A stretch of DNA of 64,000 nucleotides. Origin: Phoronis australis. Lineage: Eukaryota; Animalia; Phoronida. Shown here piece by piece: positions 38,001 to 49,200 of this stretch (position 1 is its first letter; the number at the start of each line of letters is the position of its first letter). Made by a program: the position numbers and the translations under genes. The stretch is taken from positions 183,057 to 247,056 of the forward strand of contig NMRA01000381.1 of the NCBI GenBank assembly GCA_002633005.1, read 5' to 3'. The notes under the pieces were generated by a model. It did no database searches. It was not told the DNA's origin and was given only the letters and a program-made list of their open reading frames with translations.

Positions 38001-41000
38001 TACATCGGTGAAAGCTAGTAACTCAAAAAGAACACATTTAAAAATATTTTACTGTATTCTTTCGAGTTAACGTACAGGTTGCTTACAACAGAAAACTCAA
38101 AAATCAGAGGGTGGGCGTTAAGACGAGCATGAGTATTAAAACATGAAGAGCAGAATCTATCCCAACAATCAGTTTGGTTTAACATCATATGAGCTGCATT
38201 TTTAAGGAAGTCTCCACTCAATAAATTGGGAGTGGGCATCAAGCTTAAGCATGGGCTTTAACCAGTGAAAAGTTGGAATTTTTTGGTTAGCCAAAAAGCA
38301 AAACAAACGCGTTAACCTGAACAAGTACAATACCTCAAAACGCAGAATAATTAAGTTAACCTTTATGTTCATTGGTCAGTGAACTATACTTATGAATTCT
38401 GACAACCCATGAGTGTATTCACCTGTAACTGCTGAGAGAGAGTTTCAATCACTTCTTTCTGTTGAGCTAAAATCCTATGATTTTCTTGTAACTCTTCTTC
38501 TTTTGAAGCTAACAGTTTCTCTGATTCAGAAAGTTTCTTTTTCAGTACTAAGGCTCTGGCTCGGTCAGTCTTGGACTGACCAGCTGTAGAATTGGCTGGT
38601 GATGAGACTGGCTGGAAATTAGAGCATGGCATGAATTGAAAATCAAAAGAAAACATCCTGTCCACATAGAAAATCATGGTCAAGAACTGTTCAAAGTTTC
38701 ATTAAACCTAAAGCTGCACAATACCAGTGCATGTCAACTTTAATTAAGTAATCTGTAGTTAACAAGTGTTGCTGTTGACATAGTAGTGTACGATGATTTA
38801 TGATTGCAAATTATTATCAATTAAAACTTGAAAACAATCAACATGCAATGCAGACTACTCCAACAAAACCATGCTGCCATACCCCTAAGGCGCATGCTAG
38901 TGCTGGATTTTGAAAAGGTTTAAAAGTTGTGCGAGTGCGGGAACCATAACTCTACCTGCTCTGCACCATCAGCACCTTCAGTCGCAGGTATTTGCTCAGC
39001 CTCTTTCAGCTTATTGGTCAGATCGGCTATCTTTGCCTTAGCCTGAAGTTTTAGTTTTACCATTTTTGCAGCCGACTCCTGCAAAGGGATTACTTAAGGA
39101 TTGTCATTTCATATGATGGCATAGAAATGTGAAGCATATTATTTTAAATGGTACTGGCAGCAGTAATAGGACAAAATGTACAGGTACTTCCTGTTATGTG
39201 AGCTGTCTGCTATGATAGGGAATGATGAGGAATTCAGCAAAAAGTTATAAATACACATCAATGTCACCAATAATATCACTTTAAAGGCAGACTATGTCCA
39301 CCATCTAAAAACAGAAGAAGAGCATAATCACCAGACCCATCATCAGCCATCAAATATAGAGCACCATGTGGTGTACATTTGCAATAAGTAGGAAGGTGTT
39401 TACCATTTGTTGTACTGTTTACTCAGGATAAGAAACTTTGGTTTCTAATAAATGATCCATATGTTATATGTAGCATAGTATAAAACCATTGGACTAGTAA
39501 ATGGGTAGCATGCTCGTAATGTATACAGTCTCAGCTAAATGAGGTCACAATCAGTACTTTAATAAAGTTTTCAAAACAGCCTGGCTATCATTTGTGACCA
39601 GGGCCCAGTGTGCAATCTTTTTCTCAATATCGAATCTGAATCAGTTCTGTGCTCGAACACATGACAGCTTACATGAATAACTGCCTAAACCTAGTTTGCA
39701 CTTAATGACTACAGCATTAAGGCTTTAAAAGTTCCGAGTTTGAACTCGAAATTTCTCGTTTTTACTCAAATTTGAAGCTCAAATCTACGGGTCATCAAAT
39801 GGAAATTTGGACTAGAAACTGCAAAAACCATAACGTAGACTTTAACTCAAATTCACATTGTTCCACGTTTCTATTTTTATTCAGTATTTTACCCTTTGTT
39901 CAATGAGTGATTGTGAAAACGGTACCACATTGAAAAAATATTAGGACATGCAATGACTGAAAAATTTAGCAAAACATTACAGTTCATAGCTACCATGTTA
40001 TCTACTGTTTTGGGATAAAATGTGATGAAAACTACAATTAATTTATGGAATATGACACAACAGTTACAGGATACTGAACTTAAAGTAGAGAGCCGAGAGA
40101 GCCAGATGAAAGAGTTTAGTTAACTTTGCATAAGGTACAAGATCATGAATCTTGTTGACTTTTACAAACCTTCATTTCAGCATCTTTTGACTTTAAGTTA
40201 GCCTCATATTCTCTAATGATGTCCTTCAGTTGGGTATTCAGAATCAGCTGTTCTTCAAGCTGTTCTGTCAAGTCCCCTTCATGTTTATGGGGCGAGGCCA
40301 GATGAGGGTCACTTGAATCAACAGTCTGCTGGGTAGGTCCACTCTCTGGTGATTCAACTTCATTATCACCCACAGATTGCTAATAAAACAAACCACAACT
40401 TGGTTAATCACTTGAATACATCATCACCATCCAAATTTTAGACATGAATCATGTACCTTTCAAATGATTAATATAGCTGTAAGCCAAAGCTCACTGAACA
40501 AGTTACCTTTTTATACCTAAGCCGTGATCTGAGAGCCAAGCCCGGGTGGGACAGTTGGGTCATTTGGTCTCCTTGGGGGAGGTTGGTTGTCATTAGGGTG
40601 ACGACATGAGTCATGCTTTATGGTTCAACTAAGAAAATAAATGATGTGTCCACTTTTTTGGATGTTTCAGCGGACATTTGCCAGTTTCCCCAATAATTTC
40701 CATCCGTTGGCATCGTTTGTGAAGGTTAGGACTTTCGCAACATTACACAGGGATTTCCTTGTTTTGGCGAGTTAATTTCTCATTTTTTAAAAAAAATAAT
40801 TGCAGGCTGTGACACACGTTGTACCAGACGTGCGCAGGCCTTGCATGTGGGCCCGTTGCACTGATCACCTGGAAATATTTTTATGCTTCATTAATATATG
40901 GTTAAAACCGAGCTGAGGAGCTAGAAACCTGGCTCAAGGGTCTCGCAGTGTGACCTGGTGGGACTTGAACCCACGACCTCGAGTAAAGAAAGCGGGCACT

Positions 41001-41260
41001 TATCAACCAGGCCACACTGCCTCCTCATAATTTCTCATTTGGAAAATCAGGGAATTTTGCCAGGTCACATTTGGTGAGTTCATGCTGTGCTAAGCATCAA
41101 GCCCCTTTGGTGCGTTGTATGTATACCGTCAACCCCAATCTACCTGTTGCTGTGAGTCATCCAATTCTTCAGTTGACGACAAATTCAAGGACAAATCTTC
41201 AACAACATTGTCTAGCCTGTCTTGGACTGACTGCGCCAAGTTGGAAAAACGACTCCACAT
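26078..41260 (-). CDS. GOLGB1: Giantin / golgin subfamily B member 1 orthologue (~2272 aa)
   Basis: Exons 41260-41144, 40379-40170, 39078-38956, 38611-38423, 37242-37123, 36768-35722, 34837-34780, 34251-30163, 29912-29710, 29460-29284, 28389-28286, 27809-27647, 27175-27063, 26183-26078; 6819 nt, in phase. The N-terminus MWSRFSNLA...LKDIIREYEANLKSKD...KLKLQAKAK parallels vertebrate giantin MLSRLSGLA...LKDIIRQKD...KLKLHAKAK. The body is almost all coiled coil. The C-terminal TM LLVYVLLVHVLVLTC has the golgin Y...H motif. Confidence 0.9.
26440..26885. repeat. ~57-bp minisatellite (about 7 copies) in the last giantin intron
   Basis: Unit CTAGCTGAGACACACTGCTGTGTTGTCACTCTGTGTCAGACACTGAGAAAAGATGAT; it gives the periodic spurious ORF 26468-26785. 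Confidence 0.92.
30163..34251 (-). CDS. GOLGB1: Giant 4089-nt coiled-coil exon of the giantin orthologue
   Basis: Lies inside the 1387-aa ORF 30128-34291; E/K/L/Q-rich heptads; acceptor CAG at 34254-34252 and donor GTAATG after 30163. Confidence 0.95.
35238..35523. mobile_element. Inverted pair of tRNA-like heads forming a ~285-bp palindrome
   Basis: Right arm GAGCTCAGTGGACTAAAGCGTCTGCATGGTAAGCA...GGTTTGAACACC has A and B boxes. The left arm is a diverged reverse complement (ACCATGCAGATGCTCTAGTCCATTGAGCT). Confidence 0.7.
35722..36768 (-). CDS. GOLGB1: 1047-nt coiled-coil exon of the giantin orthologue
   Basis: Lies inside the 389-aa ORF 35644-36813; CAG acceptor and GTATAT donor; phase 0/0. 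Confidence 0.93.
37485..37870. repeat. Inverted-repeat element ending in a 28-bp x3 tandem repeat
   Basis: CTCAAAGTGCATCAAGG...CATGGTGGAAA pairs with TTTTCACCATG...CCTTGACACACTTTGAG; GACACACTTTGAGAGCAATGTCCACCAC occurs three times at ~37780-37863. Confidence 0.7.
40786..41027 (-). mobile_element. tRNA-derived SINE, copy 2
   Basis: A box TGGCCTGGTTGA and B box GGTTCAAGTCC; 13-bp TSD TAATTTCTCATTT at 40773-40785 and 41028-41040. Confidence 0.9.
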
Positions 41261-42912
41261 CTTCAAGACTTGATCACCACCATTGAGCTACAAACATGTA
41301 TTACATGGAGTGAGTAATTCATTGACTGATGGCAGCTCTTAAGAATTTAGTGGATAGTAGATGAACAATGGGCAATATTAAGTCCTTATGTATGGTAATG
41401 AGTGAATGTTTAAAACTTTGACTTTAATTTTGCAAACATATCTTAGCTTCCATCATTATGAAACTTGAAGCAAACCAAAAAGTTTGTAGTTTTTCACTGG
41501 TTTAAAGTACTCTTAATTAAAACGAATGGTTACAAGCATTTTTATGCTTCATACTTCAAAGATCACAAGCAAAATTAGGAAAACCTCATGTTAAAACATG
41601 TTCACAGTCATGTTTTCTTACAGCAATGTCTCGACTTATTTTGGACAGTTGATCTATATCATTCACTATTATATGACAGTATACTATACGGCAAGTAATC
41701 TTAGCTTTGTCAGTGTATTTATAATAAATGTATAATTATTCAGCTAGCTAGTTTTCTGATATTTCCTATAAACCGTTTAGCATAAGCTGAGCACTCCCAG
41801 AAGAGCAAGATTGCTTCATCACTTTGCAGCAGCTGGTACAATCGTATTGCCTAGTTTCAGTCAGACTAGAGTGGCATAGCTATTTCTTTGGTTTCAAACA
41901 AAGTATGACAAAATGTTACGTCTGAGAAAATCAAGGGTTTTGCTGGCAGAAGTAGCTGTCAAGTCAATCTGTAAGTTAAAGGTAAGATTGTTTGAGATAG
42001 TGACACCAAGTATTTAGCCCCTCTAACAGGGGAGATAGTACAGAGTTATGGAGGATGTTCGACAGCACCATTTGATCTGGGCTCAGACTGTTAACATGCC
42101 ATAAACGCCCTATATGCCAGATGCATTTCTGCAAATTATGTCTCATAAAGCATTGCGTAGCATCTTTTGAGCATTCAGGGATATCTGAGGAAGGATTCGA
42201 TGACTCTAAATCCTTCCAACTCAAAAAATTACTATGGTAATTAAAATTTCTTCTTACTTTTGCTAACACAATTGTTGACATAGCTATTTTGCTGCAAAGG
42301 TGGCGCTGGGTGCAAGAATAGCAATTCATACAACCCAATGTCAAGCACAAGTGTGGCAGATCATCAGTGTAGCACGTTAGAAATTGGCCCCCCCCCCTCC
42401 GAAGTCATGAAGGTGGACCTCAACGCAATTAAAAACAATTATATGCCAGTTAAGTGCCAGTTAAGACATGTGCAGTGGTTCAGTAAAACAAAAATACCTA
42501 GCGGAAGGTTTTGTTGTCAGAAAGAAATTTTGATTCCATAACTTCATAAGTATCTGTTTGATATAGCAGTAATAGCACACTGGAGTTCAGTCTTCAGTTT
42601 CGTGCAAACATAGACAAATGGATTAGAATGTGCCATTCCCTAATAAGGATATTCCATCGCCAAGAGTAAGTAAGTAGTAATAGAGGAGCTCCACCGTCCT
42701 ACTAGCATTGCCAGTAGGTGGTGGTCACTGTCTAGACATGACGTGCTCCTGAAATAGTTCAAGAATGAAGTGGGACACAGCCTTCAGGGTGGTTCTCGAT
42801 CATACACACAGCACACGACACTCACCTAATTTTAAAGTTAATAGAAACAGATTTAAATAAATCATGAGAACAAAATGTTTGATCAAAGCAGAAAATGCAA
42901 ATAGAAACTTAC

Positions 42913-43286
42913 CTTTGAAGATTTGCCACGTACGTGCGACAGTAGTTTATCTTCTCAGTGCAAAGTGCGTCACCGTAAAAACATTAGTTTTAATTTTTTA
43001 GTATAATTGTCAATAATAGTTCTATTTGGTCACAAAATAATCAATGTTATGATTAAACTGCAGATATATTTATTGCTTATGATTGTAAGTCTCACAAAAC
43101 ATGTCTAAACGTACACGTATATTATAAATTCAATTTAAATATTTTGTTAGCTATGCAAAAGGATACATTTTTAATGCGAGCCTGGTGGTGAGAAATTGAG
43201 TTATATTTTCTTCGAGGTCAGGCAGATTGCTTCCGCGTTTGTGGTGGCGAATCTTCTTCATAGCTATGCCTGTGGCCTAAACCCCT
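42913..43286. promoter_or_regulatory. Putative bidirectional promoter and 5' UTRs between GOLGB1 and FIG4
   Basis: A minus-strand non-coding exon ends in AAG|GTAAGT at 42913 and can splice to the acceptor at 41288-41290 upstream of the GOLGB1 ATG. The FIG4 ATG is at 43287 on the plus strand. TSSs are not directly observable. Confidence 0.65.
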
Positions 43287-46200
43287 ATGGCAGACAGGGT
43301 TAAAGAGGTTCCCTTTATAAGGGGCATGCAAAGGATCGCCCTTTATGAAACCTTTTCTGTAAGTAGTTCACAAAAACAATAACCGCAGTCATACTAGCCT
43401 TTTAGCCTTGGACCAAGGCTTGGTACAAAGCTGTAATCTGTATACTATGAGTCAATGAGCGTATACGAAATATATTTTGACGACAGTCTTCATACAGCTA
43501 GCTGGCTGGTTAACTAGCCTTGTACTTGTAGTTGTAGACAGTGATCACTGTCCTACTAGTACTGGCACCGACAGTAGGATGGTGAAGCTCCTATAGACGC
43601 TTCATATGCTGGAAGCTTAGTCGGCGAATTATGCTTTACACTGTGACTTAAACCTTACAGATACCTTTTGCTCTCAAAGGGACACCTCAGGAGGCCGTCA
43701 ATGTATGTAATCATGATTTCTTCCAACTCGCGCAGTGTTAAAAATTGTGAGTTACTGATTTTGGGAACTGAACGAGGGACTGCTCGAAGAAAAAGTTTGA
43801 TAACGGGAGTATTTGTTCCGGCAAGTTGGGAAGGAATTATATACATCAACGGCCTTCTAAGGTGTCCCTCTATGTGCTAAAGATATTTATAACAACGTAG
43901 CGTTGATGTTATAGTCACGGCGAGGCATAATTCGCCAAAATTCTTCCGGCGTATGAAGCACCCATAGGAGCTTCACTTTCTCTGCTGTACGTGAACTTGG
44001 AATCCTGCTGAACTCTCAACTGAGATAAAGCGAAAGTGAGTGTTGCGTGAACTTTTGGAATACGCGAAGCAACTTGACAAGTTCACTCAAATAATCACGT
44101 TCATGTTCATAAAAATTTGCTCTACACTAAATCAAGTTACATTTGAATAAAATAAATAAATGTCAATTTTAACCAACCTTTTCAACTACGGGCACGGCAG
44201 ATCAGTTTCACCAAACAATAATCGACTTAGCCATTCACGTATTCCTCCGGTTCAGCGACACAAGTTACGGTAAAGGAGAAAATGGTTGATCGCGAGGCCA
44301 ATAATTACAAAAATTATTTTCACCAAACAATAATTTCACCTGTTTGCCTCAAAGAATATTCAATTCCAAGTTCACGCATGCGTGATCTTGAGATTAAGCA
44401 GGATTCCAAGTTCACGTACAGCATCTCTACTGCAGAGCCAGTAGAGACAGTGCTCACTGTCTAACTAGCCTTGATGCAAAGTAGACAGTGACCTGAGTGA
44501 CCACCATCTCTAGTACTCTAACTGACCCCAATAGAGATGGTGAAGCTTTTCACCTTAGTCTGATTAAAATGTCAAAAGTCAAGTTGTTATGAGTACTTTT
44601 TGCGCAAAGAGGGACACATTAGGGGCATTCCTTCCAAATCGAACAAATACTCCAGTAATCAAACTTTTTTTCGAGCAGTCCTTAGTTGAGTTGTCCAAAC
44701 TGGCAATTACTGGCCATTTTTAACAGTGCGTGCACTCCTGGCAGGCGCGGTAAAAATGGGAGCATGCACAGTGTGCGCAACACAGTTCCACCAGCTAAGA
44801 CTTAGTTGTTTGATGCCTTGCAATGTTAATCCTAGTCTTTCATGTACATCAGCAAATTATGCCTTTCCTTGGAATCAGCAATGTTTCATTACTATAATTA
44901 TCTTTCAAGAGTAGAGACTTCTGTGGAGGCCATCAATGTTTTATATCTTTTAACACAAGCAATACGCTGGCGATCATGATATAGTTCAGATGTTTTTTCT
45001 TTCATGCATCAACGAAGTTATTAATGCAGCCATTTTGCCATGAAAATTTAGGGGATCGAATGAAAAATTCTGAAATAGGTATGAGATAATGGCTGCATAA
45101 AGGATTTTGTTCGTGGATGAATGGACATGAATGAAAGAAAAATGAATTGGAAAGAGATAGTTCAAAGTTTATTATGGAAGTAGTAATTGAGGCTTTTCAA
45201 CAAATGACTGTGTTTAAAAACCCTTTCCTGAGACACGTTTCAATGCAGAAAGACTTTCAATCAATCCGTGTGTATTTAGTGAAATCTGTTTAAGTAACAC
45301 TTGTTTGTCAGTCAAAGGAGAAACGATACTACAATAGAATGCTTGTTATTTGATTGTATTAATTGCTTTGACTAAACGGTCAGTGTTTGAGTGGACATAT
45401 TTCATATTTTTCAGAGGTTCTATGTTGTGGGATCAAATAACTGTGAAACAAGATTCAGAGTTTTGAAGATTGATCGAACAGAAGAACGTAGCCTTCACAT
45501 TCATGATGACAAGGTAGTTAGCTAGTTAACGCTGTATAATTTGTGTCAATATAGTGCTGTAACGTGGGACTAATGTCAAGAGTATTATTTCATTTCTTAA
45601 ACAGATAGGTATTTGTGAACAAAACAGGAATTTGCAATTCACATGGGATTGAGAGAACCTATCATTGCCAAAAGGTATGCTGCTTCGAACCCCTCACAAT
45701 AATAACTCTTCCTAATTGGACCCCTACAAATGCAATTGTCTGGATTTTTTCCTGTGTTATTTTCTTGGTCACCTTGTATTTCAGGTTGAATACACACAGG
45801 CTCAGTTAAGAAGTCTGCTTCTAACAATTGATTCAGGAAATAGGTCAAGAGGTGTGCAGGCGAAGCAAGGCAGTGCAGGACTGAACAGAATTGTCTCGGC
45901 ATTTGGCATTGTTGGTGAGTGTTCGTATTTTCAGATTGTCACATTTTAGTGGAAGGATGAAGTTTTATAATGGAAGTGGCATCCTCTTATTTTAATTCAA
46001 GGTGTGGTAGTTACTGAAATATTAAAATACTACAAGTTAATGTTGTTCACACTCAAATTATACAATGCCAGCAATTAACATAGTTATTATTGACTATCAT
46101 ATACAACTTTGAGTCATGACACAACCAGTGCTACGTACCTTGAGTGCAGGGAGTGCTGAGTGATAAACATTTGTCATTTATTATATGATTACATCTGCTA

Positions 46201-49200
46201 AATAATTCATGGAAAGAGGCTGTGTTTGGGCTTTTGATCGTATGTCGGTCATTTGTTCGGTCAGTCACCTATCAAGTTTTTACTCGAAACGTTGTGAAAA
46301 GATTTTGAACTTTCAGGAGATGTTGCAATGAACAAACTAAGGAAAAATCTGCAATATTTTTGATATATCATGGTTTAGTGCAATACAATGGTAATTTTTA
46401 ATTAAAAACGGTTTTACAAATATTTGATCATATCAAATCATAAGCTGCATGTCAATTTCTGTATAGATACCACGGTAGTCACGAAATCATTGATTACAAT
46501 GACCAACAGTCGCTTTGTTACACTGATGGCTAAAAACTTGACAACGGACAGTCAGGATCAGGAATCTACTTTCCAGACCTTACAGGTGACGACAAAGAAA
46601 GCTGGTTTTCATTGGATAACAGCGTTACAGTCTTTCAGGCTGAAATTGTCGCCATTCACCAGGCTGCCCAACTGACAAGGGAGCATGAAGCAGTCCTTGA
46701 TAACAAGGAACTCTTCATACTCTCAGACAGCCACGCAGCTATTAAAGCTCTATCTAAGCCCAAGATCAACTCCCTGTGTAAACGAGCTTAACCACCTATC
46801 AGCTAGTGGAACTTTTCATGTGAACTGGGTTAAATCCCATGTTGGCATTGACGATAACAAAGCTGCTGACAAATTTGCAAAACAAGGAGCAAGTGCACCC
46901 AGTTTTGTACCAGAACCTTGCATACCAGTTGCCAATTGGTGCTGCAGAGCAAAGGTAAGACACTGGGTGTGTAAACTGTTCGTGAATCCATGGAGAAAGC
47001 TCTCTGCCTGCAGACAAACCAAACAACTTTTTCCAAGTCCTATTGAAATAAGGTTTAAAGAAACTGTTATATTTAGATAGGCTTGCTATAAGGCAGCTGA
47101 TCCAGCTTATTACTGGACACTGCAACCAAGCTCAGCACCGTAACTTCACATGGCATGTTCATTGTGTCCCAACTGTGGCTTGGAGGCGGAGACTCCTCAA
47201 CATCTGATGGAGATTTGCCCTGCCTACAACAGACACCGTAATCTACTACTTGATGGACACATAACCTGACTGGTTAACATTGTTAATTCATACAGGTTTA
47301 ATAGTCTTTCTGTCTTCCTGAAACAAACAGGCAGATTAGAAGATTTTACCCATGAGGAATCCTGTGATCTCATGTCCCCAGGAGTCATAATCAGGTGATT
47401 AGTGTAATAGGCCCGGCCTTGTGGACTAAATACGCCTGATGTACTGCAAAAGGCATCAGGCCACCTGCACCCTTTTTGCATGTCAGTGTTCTCAGAGTGC
47501 ACACACCAAAGTTCCATGCAAATAACGTGTATTGAAAGTCTATATAGTCTATGTGAAACTTTATAGCCTATGAAAACACATCATTTGTACAATAACAGGA
47601 TGGTAGGAACTCTGATGTCTTGATGCAGATTTGCATTCACCTGCTGATTTGCATTTTTGGATTACAGGTATTTAAAAAAATGATTGTGTTCTAGTGGTAA
47701 AGTTGAGACTTGCGAAATATGAGACAACTTCAAGAAAAAAATTTTAAACAAAATTTGAAATGGCATTCCCATGGTAACGGTCAATATTTCTTTTCTACCC
47801 GTGCCCGTGTTAATTTGATAACATAAAAGCAATGTTACTTCCTGATANNNNNNNNNNNNNNNNNNNNNNNNNNNNNNNNNNNNNNNNNNNNNNNNNNNNN
47901 NNNNNNNNNNNNNNNNNNNNNNNNNNNNNNNNNNNNNNNNNNNNNNNNNNNNNNNNNNNNNNNNNNNNNNNNNNNNNNNNNNNNNNNNNNNNNNNNNNNN
48001 NNNNNNNNNNNNNNNNNNNNNNNNNNNNNNNNNNNNNNNNNNNNNNNNNNNNNNNNNNNNNNNNNNNNNNNNNNNNNNNNNNNNNNNNNNNNNNNNNNNN
48101 NNNNNNNNNNNNNNNNNNNNNNNNNNNNNNNNNNNNNNNNNNNNNNNNNNNNNNNNNNNNNNNNNNNNNNNNNNNNNNNNNNNNNNNNNNNNNNNNNNNN
48201 NNNNNNNNNNNNNNNNNNNNNNNNNNNNNNNNNNNNNNNNNNNNNNNNNNNNNNNNNNNNNNNNNNNNNNNNNNNNNNNNNNNNNNNNNNNNNNNNNNNN
48301 NNNNNNNNNNNNNNNNNNNNNNNNNNNNNNNNNNNNNNNNNNNNNNNNNNNNNNNNNNNNNNNNNNNNNNNNNNNNNNNNNNNNNNNNNNNNNNNNNNNN
48401 NNNNNNNNNNNNNNNNNNNNNNNNNNNNNNNNNNNNNNNNNNNNNNNNNNNNNNNNNNNNNNNNNNNNNNNNNNNNNNNNNNNNNNNNNNNNNNNNNNNN
48501 NNNNNNNNNNNNNNNNNNNNNNNNNNNNNNNNNNNNNNNNNNNNNNNNNNNNNNNNNNNNNNNNNNNNNNNNNNNNNNNNNNNNNNNNNNNNNNNNNNNN
48601 NNNNNNNNNNNNNNNNNNNNNNNNNNNNNNNNNNNNNNNNNNNNNNNNNNNNNNNNNNNNNNNNNNNNNNNNNNNNNNNNNNNNNNNNNNNNNNNNNNNN
48701 NNNNNNNNNNNNNNNNNNNNNNNNNNNNNNNNNNNNNNNNNNNNNNNNNNNNNNNNNNNNNNNNNNNNNNNNNNNNNNNNNNNNNNNNNNNNNNNNNCGA
48801 GCTTAACCACCTATCAGCTAGTGGAACTTTTCATGTGAACTGGGTTAAAGCCCATGTTGGCATTGACGATAACAAAGCTGCTGACAAATTTGCAAAACAA
48901 GGAGCAAGTGCACCCAGTTTTGTACCAGAACCTTGCATACCAGTTGCCAATTGGTGCTGCAGAGCAAAGGTAAGACACTGGGTGTGTAAACTGTCCGTGG
49001 ATCCATGGAGAAAGCTCTCTGCCTGCAGACAAACCAAACAACTTTTTCCAAGTCCTATTGAACCATAAGGTTCAAAGAAACTGTTATATTTAGATAGGCT
49101 TGCTATAAGGCAGCTGATCCAGCTTATTACTGGACACTGCAACCAAGCTCGGCACCGTAACTTCACATGGCATGTTCATTGTGTCCCAACTGTGGCTTGG

